The notes: generated by a model from the sequence alone, not told the origin. A stretch of 46,669 nt of DNA from an uncultured Clostridia bacterium (GCA_947629345.1 CANRDK010000001.1:1-46669); one strand, 5' to 3'. Positions 17,056-25,744 are shown, counted from the first letter of the stretch. Translations and numbers: made by a program.

Positions 17056-18748
17056 ATTTCAGGATCTCTCCGACGATTTTTTCCCTTCCGAGCCCATATT
17101 TCTCCATGAGAGACGGAACTTCGCCGTGCGGCAGGAAACAGTCCTCATAGCCAAAACTCAGAACGATTTTCCCGCTGTTGCGGTAAAAATCCAGAATGGC
17201 GGAGCCCAACCCGCCGATTTTGGCGTTGTCCTCGAGCGTGACAACGATTTTTTCACTGCGGGAATTCAAAAGCGCCTCATCGAGCGGCTTCAAAAAGCGT
17301 GCATTCACGATATTGCAGTCAAGTCCTTCCTTGTGCAGTTCCTCCCTTACAAGTTCTGCAAGCGTGATGCATCTCTCCCCCGCTGCCATGATTACTATGT
17401 CAGACATAGTACTATGTAAAACCTCAAATTTCCCAATTTCGACGGAGCTGCATTCCCCCTCTTCCCCCGCACGCGGATAGCGAATAGCGAGCGGGTGGGC
17501 ATATTCCGTGCTGAGGCGGAGCATTTGGCGGAATTCTGCGATATTTTTCGGGATCGCGATCGCAAGATTCGGAATAAAGGAGAGATAGGAAAGATCGAAA
17601 ACGCCCTGATGGGTCTCTCCGTCCGCCCCCGTCGCCCCTGCTCTGTCGATACAGAAGGTCACGGGAAGGTCCTGCCCGCAGACGTCGTGAATGATCTCGT
17701 CGAATGCCCTCTGCAAGAACGTGGAATAGATCGCATAGTATGGCTTTAATCCCTGCGTCCCGAGGGAGGCCGCAAGCACGGAGGCATGCTCTTCGCAGAT
17801 CCCCACGTCGAAGGAACGTTCGGGGAACCTTTCAAAGAAGGGCCGAAGCCCCAAACTGTCCGTCATGGCAGCCGTGATCGCGACGATTTTTTCGTCTTTT
17901 TCGGCCAAAGCGCTCAGCTCTTCGCCGAGTGCGGCGGAATATTCCTTCTGCTCCGACTTTGGCCCCACGCCGTGCGTCTGCATGGGTGCGTTCTCGCAAA
18001 ACGGATATCCCCGCCCCTTCTGCGTGACGACGTGCAGGAGCACCGTCTCCTCTCTCACCGCCTCCTTTGCCTGCTCGAGGGCGGGAAGGAGCTCTTCAAT
18101 GCAATTCCCGTTGACGGGTCCCATGTAGCGGAGGCCGAACCGCTCGAACAGGGCGACATCCTCCATCGGCTTGCCGCTCTGCCGCAGTTCCTCCAACACC
18201 TCATGTGCCCCGCCGACTGTCGGCGAGATGGACATGCCGTTGTCATTCAAAATGATCAGGACTTTCGTATGTAAGATCTTCAGGCTGTTCAATGCCTCAT
18301 AGATGAGCCCGTTCTGAAAGGAGCCGTCGCCGATGAGCGCGATCACATGAAAATCTTCCCCGTTGAGGTCGCGTGCCTTGCCGATGCCGAGCGCCGCGGA
18401 GAGAGCAGTCCCCGCATGGCCGGTGTCGTAGCAGTCGTAGACGCTCTCTTCCCGCTTCGGAAAGCCCGAAATGCCGCCCTCTTTCCGCAATGTGTGGAAT
18501 TTCTCCGCACGGCCTGAGAGCAACTTGTGCGTATAGCACTGATGGCCGACATCAAAGATGAGCTTATCCTTGGGAAAGTCAAAGACGCGGTGAAGGGCAA
18601 CCGTGAGCTCCACGGCGCCCAAATTGGAGGAAAGGTGTCCTCCGCAGACCGAAACGGTTTGATAGATCGTACTCCTGAGTTCCTCGCAGAGCACGTTCAA
18701 TTGCGCAACGGAGGCATTTTTCAGCTCCCTGCTCTTAAAATTATTCAT
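17042..18748 (-). CDS. dxs: 1-deoxy-D-xylulose-5-phosphate synthase
   Basis: 568 aa. GGHLSSNLGAVELTVALH, GHAGTALSAALG and IGDGSFQNG (ThDP) motifs, with a transketolase-like C-terminus. Confidence 0.95.
   Translation of the reverse strand: MNNFKSRELKNASVAQLNVLCEELRSTIYQTVSVCGGHLSSNLGAVELTVALHRVFDFPKDKLIFDVGHQCYTHKLLSGRAEKFHTLRKEGGISGFPKREESVYDCYDTGHAGTALSAALGIGKARDLNGEDFHVIALIGDGSFQNGLIYEALNSLKILHTKVLIILNDNGMSISPTVGGAHEVLEELRQSGKPMEDVALFERFGLRYMGPVNGNCIEELLPALEQAKEAVREETVLLHVVTQKGRGYPFCENAPMQTHGVGPKSEQKEYSAALGEELSALAEKDEKIVAITAAMTDSLGLRPFFERFPERSFDVGICEEHASVLAASLGTQGLKPYYAIYSTFLQRAFDEIIHDVCGQDLPVTFCIDRAGATGADGETHQGVFDLSYLSFIPNLAIAIPKNIAEFRQMLRLSTEYAHPLAIRYPRAGEEGECSSVEIGKFEVLHSTMSDIVIMAAGERCITLAELVREELHKEGLDCNIVNARFLKPLDEALLNSRSEKIVVTLEDNAKIGGLGSAILDFYRNSGKIVLSFGYEDCFLPHGEVPSLMEKYGLGREKIVGEILKYARR
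17391..17426. repeat. nested-palindrome element, copy 2 (in-frame inside dxs)
   Basis: ATTACTATGTCAGACATAGTACTATGTAAAACCTCA. Palindrome at 17405-17416. The minus-strand sense encodes EVLHSTMSDIVI. Confidence 0.9.
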
Positions 18749-18751
18749 AAT

Positions 18752-19621
18752 TTAATGATCTCTATTTCTGACAAGCGAGACGATCCCCTCGAAAAAGTCA
18801 GTCTGTTCGGTGAGGTCCGCGATTGCCTGTCTGCACTTGAGAACGTACTCATCCGCAAGCATTTCGGCCTTTTGCATGCCGAAAACCTTCATGCAGGTGA
18901 GTTTATCCTCGATTTTGTCCTTGCCGAGGGTCTTGCCCATGCGGCCGTCTGTGCCCTTTTCGTCTAAAATATCATCTGTCAGTTGAAACAGGATGCCTAA
19001 ATTTCTCCCAAACGCTTCCGCCGCTTCCACATTTCCGTCGGCGAGAACGGCCGCCATTTCGAGAGGCGCGGAGATCAGGCGTCCCGTCTTGTTTTCATAG
19101 ATGAAGAGAAGTTCCTTCTCCCCTGCCTCTTTGCCCGAATAGAGCAGATCTGCCGACTGCCCTGCGATCATTCCCTCCGCACCTGCGGCATGGGAAAGCC
19201 TCTGCGCCGCAACAAGGTGTCTTTGGTCCCTTGCGGCGGCCCTGAGAAGAAGGTCGAAGGCATAGCTCAAAAGCGCATCCCCGGCAAGTATGGCGTTCGC
19301 TTCGCCGAAAACTCTGTGGTTGGAGAACTTTCCGCGGCGGAAATCGTCGTTGTCCATCGCGGGAAGGTCGTCGTGGATGAGCGAATAGGTGTGGATACAT
19401 TCGATGGCGACGGCGAGCTCCTTCTCCTGCAAATAATCCTGTCCCAACGCGTCGAGCGCAGCATAAAAAAGGACGGGACGGATGCGTTTTCCTCCCGCAA
19501 GGAGGGAATAGCGCATACTCTCCGTCAAAACAGGCGGCAGAAAGTGCATCGCGGCGGCATATTCCGCGAGTCCCTGTTCCACCGCACTCAGATACTCATT
19601 GTATTTTTCCTTGAAGTTCAT
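18752..19621 (-). CDS. ispA: polyprenyl (farnesyl/geranylgeranyl) diphosphate synthase
   Basis: 289 aa. First DDxxD region (LIHDDLPAMDNDDFRRG) and second (FQLTDDILD). Confidence 0.9.
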   Translation of the reverse strand: MNFKEKYNEYLSAVEQGLAEYAAAMHFLPPVLTESMRYSLLAGGKRIRPVLFYAALDALGQDYLQEKELAVAIECIHTYSLIHDDLPAMDNDDFRRGKFSNHRVFGEANAILAGDALLSYAFDLLLRAAARDQRHLVAAQRLSHAAGAEGMIAGQSADLLYSGKEAGEKELLFIYENKTGRLISAPLEMAAVLADGNVEAAEAFGRNLGILFQLTDDILDEKGTDGRMGKTLGKDKIEDKLTCMKVFGMQKAEMLADEYVLKCRQAIADLTEQTDFFEGIVSLVRNRDH

Positions 19622-20466
19622 ACAGCCGTCCGTTCCGCAGCATCCACGGTATTGGAGAGAAGCATTGCGATCGTCATCGGTCCGACGCCGCCGGGTACAG
19701 GCGAGATCATGGAAACTTTTTCCGCGACGTTTTCAAAGTCCACATCGCCGCAAAGTTTCCCGTTTTCATCCCTGTTCATTCCTACGTCGATGACAACTGC
19801 CCCTTCCTTGACCATATCTGCCGTAATATATTTCGCTCTTCCGATCGCCACGACCAAAATATCCGCTCCTGCGCAGATCTCTTTCAAATTCTGTGTTTTG
19901 GAATGGCAAACGGTGACCGTTGCGTCTGCATTGAGGAGGCGCAGGGCCATCGGCCGTCCCACAATATTGCTCCTGCCGACCACGACGGCATGTTTCCCCC
20001 TCGTCTCCACATGGTATCGCTTCAGAAGTTCCATGATCCCGCGCGGGGTGCAGGATACCGTCCCCTCCCTGTGCAGGGCGAGAAGACCCATATTCTGTTC
20101 CGAAAAGCCGTCTACGTCCTTTTCCACGGGGATCTTTGCAAGGATCTTTCTCTCGTCAAGGTGGCGCGGAAGAGGGAGCTGGACGAGGACCCCGTGGACA
20201 GAATGATCACCCGCAAGTGCCTCCACTGCCCTTTCGGCCTCCTCTTGGGAGATCTCTGCGGGCAATCGGAGCACATGGGAAGAGATGCCGACCTCTTCGC
20301 AGGCCCTAACTTTGTTGCGGACATACACTTCGGAGGCGGGATCGTTTCCGATGAGCACGACGCCGAGCCCGATCTTTCTGCCGTTCCTCTCTTCGAATGC
20401 GGCAGCGCGGAGACTGAGCTCCCCCCGTATCTCCGCAGCAGTCTGTTTCCCGTCGATGAGCGTCAT
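19618..20466 (-). CDS. folD: bifunctional methylenetetrahydrofolate dehydrogenase/cyclohydrolase
   Basis: 282 aa. ...VYVRNKVRACEEVGI..., VVGRSNIVGRPMA and PVPGGVGPMTIAML motifs. Confidence 0.95.
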   Translation of the reverse strand: MTLIDGKQTAAEIRGELSLRAAAFEERNGRKIGLGVVLIGNDPASEVYVRNKVRACEEVGISSHVLRLPAEISQEEAERAVEALAGDHSVHGVLVQLPLPRHLDERKILAKIPVEKDVDGFSEQNMGLLALHREGTVSCTPRGIMELLKRYHVETRGKHAVVVGRSNIVGRPMALRLLNADATVTVCHSKTQNLKEICAGADILVVAIGRAKYITADMVKEGAVVIDVGMNRDENGKLCGDVDFENVAEKVSMISPVPGGVGPMTIAMLLSNTVDAAERTAV

Positions 20467-20852
20467 GCGTTGATGATCCCCCCGAGCAGACCGTTCACGA
20501 AGTCGGTGGAGTTGGCTGAGGAGTACTTTCTCGCCAAATTTGTCGCCTCGCTGACGGAGACGACGGGCGGAATATCGTCAAAATATTTGATCTCCGCAAG
20601 CGCAACGAGCATGATCGCCCGATCCACCGCAAAGATACGATCGTCGGGATAGCGTGTGGTCCTCTCGGATATGATCGAAAGGAATTCCTCCCTGTGTGTG
20701 TTCACGCAGTCGATGAGCGCCTCCGCAAACGAGGCGTCCTCCTCCGACAGATGATCATGACGAAAGACGGATCGGCGGAGCTCCCCGTCATCCTCATGAA
20801 ACAGATCCGAAAATATGACCTTGAATGCCGCTTCCCGTGCGTCGCTTCTCAT
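20463..20852 (-). CDS. nusB: transcription antitermination factor NusB
   Basis: ORF trimmed to the ATG at 20852 (MRSDAREAAFKVIF...). ...AIMLVALAEIKYFDDIPPVVSVSEATNLARKY... is typical NusB. Confidence 0.9.
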   Translation of the reverse strand: MRSDAREAAFKVIFSDLFHEDDGELRRSVFRHDHLSEEDASFAEALIDCVNTHREEFLSIISERTTRYPDDRIFAVDRAIMLVALAEIKYFDDIPPVVSVSEATNLARKYSSANSTDFVNGLLGGIINA

Positions 20853-20900
20853 GCTTTTCTCCCAAAGTAAGATTCCCCCTGTCATTGCAAGGGGGAAACT

Positions 20901-21281
20901 TCAATTATTATTTACCGTATCCTCTTGGACCGTCTGCTCGGCGGAACTGTCGGGCTGTGTGGCGTCGGGGAAAACAACACTCTGCACATGCACATCCACC
21001 TTGGCGATCTTGTACTTTGTCATGGACTCGACCATCTGTTTGATATTCTGCTGGATGCGATAGGCGAGTTCAGGGACCTTATATCCATAGTGGGCGATCA
21101 CGGAAATGTCCACAAAGATCCCCTCCTTTTCAAAGCAGAGCTTGATGCCCTTGCTCTTGGAGGGAACGAGCTCGATGCCCTCCGTTTCCTGCAGACTCAG
21201 GACGACGATCCCGCTCACGATATCGGAATTATAGGTGATTTTCCCCTTTTGGCCGTTCGGATTATATTTGATGCTTGCCAT
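20901..21281 (-). CDS. Asp23/Gls24 family envelope stress protein
   Basis: 126 aa. ...ITYNSDIVSGIVVLSLQETEGI... matches the Asp23 family. Position matches yqhY upstream of nusB. Confidence 0.85.
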   Translation of the reverse strand: MASIKYNPNGQKGKITYNSDIVSGIVVLSLQETEGIELVPSKSKGIKLCFEKEGIFVDISVIAHYGYKVPELAYRIQQNIKQMVESMTKYKIAKVDVHVQSVVFPDATQPDSSAEQTVQEDTVNNN

Positions 21282-21339
21282 AATAGCTCCTTTGAAGCCT
21301 ATTATAGCACATTCTTTTAGAATTTACCACTGTTTTTTC

Positions 21340-21825
21340 TTAACTTTCTGCATAAACGGGCATAATAATTACATTTCCGTTGCGGACATTGTACTCAATT
21401 TCGAGGGCATAAAAGATTTTTGTGATATTGTCCTCGGTGAGCTCGTCGGAATTGACAAAGACGTTGATATTGTTCGCATCGGTGATGGTGACGGCGGCGT
21501 CCGAAAATCCGATGGCCTTGATGATGGATTCGAGCACGAGTTCATCCTCCATGAGTTCGACAAGGTCCTGCTTCTTTGCAACGGCCTGTGTGTATTCCGC
21601 CGAATCCTTGGCGTAGGCTGCGATGACGCTGTCGAGCTGGACGAGTTCTTCGCTGCGCGTGGAGTTGCGGGTATCTCTGTACGTCGTGAAGTAGGTCGCC
21701 TTGACGGCGGCGCTGCCGTCAACGGGGGTGTTCTGCGTGCCAGCAAGGACGAAGTTGACAACGGCAACTACGGCGAGCAGCAGGACGAGGGTGGACATGA
21801 TCGCGATCTTTTTTGTGTTGGACAT
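21340..21825 (-). CDS. spoIIIAH: stage III sporulation protein AH (SpoIIIAH-like)
   Basis: 161 aa, N-terminal membrane anchor plus a YscJ/FliF-like C-terminal region. Last gene of the spoIIIA operon by position. Confidence 0.75.
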   Translation of the reverse strand: MSNTKKIAIMSTLVLLLAVVAVVNFVLAGTQNTPVDGSAAVKATYFTTYRDTRNSTRSEELVQLDSVIAAYAKDSAEYTQAVAKKQDLVELMEDELVLESIIKAIGFSDAAVTITDANNINVFVNSDELTEDNITKIFYALEIEYNVRNGNVIIMPVYAES

Positions 21826-21854
21826 GGTTTTATCTCCTTACTACAATAATTTCC

Positions 21855-22202
21855 TTATTTTCCCGCGGGATAGACGAGAATGTCCCGCGTTCTGAGGGAG
21901 AGAGCGCTTGCGGCCACCTCCATGAGCCTTGTGCGGAGCAGGATCCCGTCCTCCCCCTTGAATATGACGACTGCGCTTACAGGCCTCCCCTCCTGTTCGG
22001 TGATCATGACGGTGGCAGACTTCACGCCATCGATCTCCCCGAGGAGAACGCTCAGACGCCTCTCCTGCTCGGTTGCCTCATAGGCGGAGGGACTGCTTGG
22101 GCGGAAAAAGACAAAATAGACGAGAAGGAGCAGGAGGAGCGCAGCCGCCCCGATGAGGACGAGGCGGAAGGTCTTATTCTTGAATAGTTCTCGGATCTTC
22201 AC
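21855..22202 (-). CDS. spoIIIAG: stage III sporulation protein AG (short form)
   Basis: 115 aa, single N-terminal TM, ...VKSATVMITEQEGRPVSAVVIF... Position between AF and AH. Confidence 0.65.
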   Translation of the reverse strand: MKIRELFKNKTFRLVLIGAAALLLLLLVYFVFFRPSSPSAYEATEQERRLSVLLGEIDGVKSATVMITEQEGRPVSAVVIFKGEDGILLRTRLMEVAASALSLRTRDILVYPAGK

Positions 22203-22657
22203 CCTTCCTCGACCTCCACATCGCAGCCGTACCGTTCCAATAGCCGCTCTCTTGCCGCAGACATTATATCTATATGACTTTCTTCCCCGTTTATTCCGAA
22301 ATTGGTGACCCTCACAACGATTTTTTGATAGGAAAAATCGTCGGAAGAACGCGAAACGATGACAAACGACTCAACGCCGTACTCCTCCGTCATCCATGCG
22401 GAGATCTCCGCTTCGTCTGCCTCAGAGAGCTTCATGGCGTATTTCCTCAAAAAGACATCGTCCTCCCTCATCTCAGCGCTCGGAAAGAATGTTTCGGGCT
22501 CCTTTGCGAAGCGGACAAAGGGTGAAATGAGAACGACAAAGATAAAGAGACGGGAGATGGACTTCACAAACTTCCCCATCTTGCCGCTCGGGGCGATGAT
22601 GGAAATGACGGCGGAGATCAAAACGACGCCCGCAACACTCAGCACATACCCCTTCAT
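22199..22657 (-). CDS. spoIIIAF: stage III sporulation protein AF
   Basis: ORF trimmed to the ATG overlapping the spoIIIAE stop (TGATG). Two N-terminal TM segments. Position in the operon. Confidence 0.75.
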   Translation of the reverse strand: MKGYVLSVAGVVLISAVISIIAPSGKMGKFVKSISRLFIFVVLISPFVRFAKEPETFFPSAEMREDDVFLRKYAMKLSEADEAEISAWMTEEYGVESFVIVSRSSDDFSYQKIVVRVTNFGINGEESHIDIMSAARERLLERYGCDVEVEEG

Positions 22658-23862
22658 CAGAAAAACACCCCCGACGAACAAACCAACAGCAAGATCGAAA
22701 GAAAGTACAGAAAGGCGATACAGAGCAGCCCTGCGAGGAAAAAGCTACAGTCCCCCGCAAGACGGGACAAAAATGCAGAGATCTTGCCCCCGACGGGCTC
22801 CGTCGCCGCCGCGGCCATCCGCAAAAAGAGCTGAAAGACCACAAACAAGAGGACAGGGCGGAGGATGGTCCCGAAGAGCAGAAAGACCGCAAAGGAACCG
22901 AGCGCATTCTTGATAAGAGAGCTCCCGGCAACGACGAGTTCTACCCCGCCTGACAGAAATCCGCCGACGAGAGGCACGGACCCCGAAAGGACATATTTCG
23001 CCGCCTTGAGGGAGATCCCGTCGTACTGCGCCGCGGCGATCCCCTGTACCGTCAAAAAGACAGAAAAGAGCCCCAAAGTTAGTCCTATCAGCCACTTGTT
23101 GACGCTCTTAAAGAGCTCACCGAGCTTTTCGGTACGCACTTCCTCCGAGAGATTTCCCACAAAGGCGAGAACAATGACGACGACGGAGGTCGGTAGGATG
23201 ACGGAGGTGAAGAGTTCGCAGATCCCCCCGCTCATGAATGCCACGGCGGGACGGAAGATCCCCACCGAGACTGCGCCCCCGCTTGCCGCCATGAGGGTTA
23301 GAAGGAGCGGATACACGAGCTCCATCTGCCGCTGCATGGAGGAAATTGCCGAAAAGCCCGCATCGAGCACCGAAATGAGGCATGCAAGCACCGCGGCTCC
23401 CACGGAAAGATAGCCCACGAAATGTATTATGTCTGACATAGTACTATGCAAAAGCTCACTTTTCGCAGAATTGAGGATGCCACAGAGGAGGGTCACAGCC
23501 AAAATGATCGCAAATGCGGGGAGCATGATCTTCCCCTCGTCCCAGATGAGAGATAAGACTGCGCTTGTAAGGGAGCTGTAATCGAGATCGAGATCCCCCG
23601 TGATGACGCCGAGAAGTTTATCTTTGACTGAGAGCCCGCGGAAGGACGAAAGAGTATCGAGATAGTTTTGCAGCTCCTCCGTATCGAGCGCGCCAATGAG
23701 ATCCTTGATATTCTCATTGAGAAGATCGGAAGCGGCCTGTTCCCCCTCCGATTTGCCGCTTGCGCTTGCCTTTATCCCCACCCCGAGGCTCAGCAAAAAA
23801 AGAAACAGCAGACCCAAGGCAAGGATAAGGACCCTTTTCCGTCCCCGTTTCCGCCCCATCAT
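22657..23862 (-). CDS. spoIIIAE: stage III sporulation protein AE
   Basis: ORF trimmed to the ATG overlapping the spoIIIAD stop. Signal-like N-terminus and a polytopic membrane protein (...LLTLMAASGGAVS...) as in SpoIIIAE. Confidence 0.85.
   Translation of the reverse strand: MMGRKRGRKRVLILALGLLFLFLLSLGVGIKASASGKSEGEQAASDLLNENIKDLIGALDTEELQNYLDTLSSFRGLSVKDKLLGVITGDLDLDYSSLTSAVLSLIWDEGKIMLPAFAIILAVTLLCGILNSAKSELLHSTMSDIIHFVGYLSVGAAVLACLISVLDAGFSAISSMQRQMELVYPLLLTLMAASGGAVSVGIFRPAVAFMSGGICELFTSVILPTSVVVIVLAFVGNLSEEVRTEKLGELFKSVNKWLIGLTLGLFSVFLTVQGIAAAQYDGISLKAAKYVLSGSVPLVGGFLSGGVELVVAGSSLIKNALGSFAVFLLFGTILRPVLLFVVFQLFLRMAAAATEPVGGKISAFLSRLAGDCSFFLAGLLCIAFLYFLSILLLVCSSGVFF
23425..23458. repeat. 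nested-palindrome element, copy 3 (in-frame inside spoIIIAE)
   Basis: TATTATGTCTGACATAGTACTATGCAAAAGCTCA. Palindrome at 23437-23448. The minus-strand sense encodes ELLHSTMSDII. Confidence 0.9.
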
Positions 23863-24254
23863 CCGATATACCCCAAAAGTTGTTTGATGAGCGTCAATAC
23901 GCTCTCCAAAATGGGGATCGCAAGCACCAAAATGAGAACTTTTCCGCAAAAGATGAGCTTGTCCGCCACGGAATTTTGCCCAAAGTCATTCAGGATCCCC
24001 GCACTGAATTCCACGAGATAGCCGATCCCCACCATTTTCAGCAATATTTTGATGAGGGAGGAATTCAGCCCCGCCTCGTCGGCAATGTCGCCGAAGATCG
24101 CAACCGTCCCCTTGAGCATTTCAAACACAAAGAGCAGCAGAATGATAGAACCCGCCACCGTCACGGCAAAGGCGAGTTCGGGCTTCGTCCCCTTCAGGAT
24201 CAGTGCGGCGACAGCCGTTACAAATGCGATCCCGACAAGCTGGAATATCTGCAT
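23859..24254 (-). CDS. spoIIIAD: stage III sporulation protein AD
   Basis: ORF trimmed to ATG 24254 (MQIFQLVGIAFVTAVAALILK...). Small polytopic membrane protein. Operon position. Confidence 0.85.
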   Translation of the reverse strand: MQIFQLVGIAFVTAVAALILKGTKPELAFAVTVAGSIILLLFVFEMLKGTVAIFGDIADEAGLNSSLIKILLKMVGIGYLVEFSAGILNDFGQNSVADKLIFCGKVLILVLAIPILESVLTLIKQLLGYIG

Positions 24255-24255
24255 G

Positions 24256-24453
24256 TCAGTACACTCCGAAGATGGTTTGAATTGCGTCAAAGAGGTCCCC
24301 GATCATCGTCACGGCCACCATGAGCGCTAAGACGAGCCCGACGATGGAGACGACGGTGGAGATGTCCTCTCTTTCAGATCTTTTCAGCACCTGACATACG
24401 ACGGTGACGATGATGCCGATGGCGGCAAGTTTGAAGATGATAGATATATCCAT
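24256..24453 (-). CDS. spoIIIAC: stage III sporulation protein AC
   Basis: 65 aa, two TM segments (MDISIIFKLAAIGIIVTVVCQVLKRSEREDI...). Confidence 0.85.
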   Translation of the reverse strand: MDISIIFKLAAIGIIVTVVCQVLKRSEREDISTVVSIVGLVLALMVAVTMIGDLFDAIQTIFGVY

Positions 24454-24456
24454 ACG

Positions 24457-24912
24457 CTATATGATAAGAATGACAAAGGCGAGTCCCGCGAGGAGTCCCA
24501 ATTTGAGATACAGGCTTTGATGGTCCCGCGCCGCCCTCTCGCTCTCCGACTTTTTCTCCTCAATGGCCTGTTTCTTGGCCGTAAAATAGTTACTTTGGGA
24601 GAAGGAATCCCCCGCGCCGAGCATGTTGAGGTAATCCTCGCATTCCTTCCTCTCCTGTTCCGTCAGATAGGAGAGTTTGACCTCCCCGCCGCGGCGTTTC
24701 AAAAGATCGTAGAAATCTCCCTCCTCTCCGATCTCCCCGAAGAGTTCTTTGAGAGATCTGCGCGAGAAGGCAAGCTCATTGAGATACCGCTCGTTAAAGG
24801 CATACATTTGGGCATAAAAGGCCCTTCTTGACCTGTATTTGGAGGAGGCAAGATAGCCGAGAAGGGTACAAAATGCAATGATGAGCGCGGAGAGCAGGAG
24901 TTTAAGCCACAT
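24457..24912 (-). CDS. spoIIIAB: stage III sporulation protein AB
   Basis: 151 aa. N- and C-terminal TM segments flank a soluble GspF-like domain. Operon position. Confidence 0.8.
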   Translation of the reverse strand: MWLKLLLSALIIAFCTLLGYLASSKYRSRRAFYAQMYAFNERYLNELAFSRRSLKELFGEIGEEGDFYDLLKRRGGEVKLSYLTEQERKECEDYLNMLGAGDSFSQSNYFTAKKQAIEEKKSESERAARDHQSLYLKLGLLAGLAFVILII

Positions 24913-25738
24913 GATTCCCCTCTCTGTCTAAAATCTTGTCCACAGCTCCAAGCCCGTTTAGGAGAACATAGCGGGAAAAGATCTTCTCTGGGATGTCATC
25001 AAATCTCTTCAAATGTGCCGACGCAAACACGTCGATCCCCGCCTCGATCGCCCGCTTGACAGCCTTAAAATCCTCTGTAAGGAGTTCATCCGTGACGATG
25101 ATATCGGGTCGGAGCGCCCTGATCCCCGCGGTAAAGGCGGTCAGCTTGTCCGCAAAGCAGATGACGTCGGCCGTTTCCCCCAATTCCCCCGCCGAAAGCT
25201 CTCCGCGCTCATCGCTCACGAGGATATTTTGATTTGTTCTCTCCGAAACAAGGCGGCAGAGATCCCGCAAAATCGTCGTTTTCCCCTCCCCGGGCGGCGA
25301 AAGGATGAGAACGGAGCAGATCCCTTCCGCAAAACAGCGGCGGTAGATCTCCTCGGCACAGCCGTGAATGGCATGCGGAATGCGGATGCAGAGCGAAGTC
25401 ATGTGATTGATGGAAAGCACCTTTCCGCCGTCATAGACGAATGTGCCCGCAATTCCGATGCGCTCCCCCGCCACGCCCGTCAAAAACCCCTGCCGCAGCT
25501 GGTTTTCGACGGCATAGACGGAGTGTCCGCTCGCGGCGAGAACAATGTCCTGTACCTCTTTTTGCGTGGGACGGAGCGCATTTCCCCTGCCGCAGACGCC
25601 GTTTTCATTCAAAAAGCAGAACGCACCTCCAAGGTTGACGAGGAGAGGCTTGTCCGCCCGCACCCGAAGTTCGTAGAGCAAATCGAAATTGACGTGCCGC
25701 AGGGAAATTTGCAGCCGCGGCGGAAGAAACTCCAACAT
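24902..25738 (-). CDS. spoIIIAA: stage III sporulation protein AA (secretion-type ATPase)
   Basis: 278 aa. Walker A (SPPGEGKTT) and Walker B-like (IIVTDEL). First gene of the operon. Confidence 0.88.
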   Translation of the reverse strand: MLEFLPPRLQISLRHVNFDLLYELRVRADKPLLVNLGGAFCFLNENGVCGRGNALRPTQKEVQDIVLAASGHSVYAVENQLRQGFLTGVAGERIGIAGTFVYDGGKVLSINHMTSLCIRIPHAIHGCAEEIYRRCFAEGICSVLILSPPGEGKTTILRDLCRLVSERTNQNILVSDERGELSAGELGETADVICFADKLTAFTAGIRALRPDIIVTDELLTEDFKAVKRAIEAGIDVFASAHLKRFDDIPEKIFSRYVLLNGLGAVDKILDREGNHVA

Positions 25739-25744
25739 CTCTAT

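Noticed and set aside
17391-23458. Sequencing adapter or linker contamination as the origin of the repeated 34-mer
   Set aside because: The copies differ from each other at several positions. They keep both host ORFs open and in frame, and they do not match any adapter or linker sequence I can recall. An artefact still cannot be excluded without reads, and this caveat is noted in the finding.
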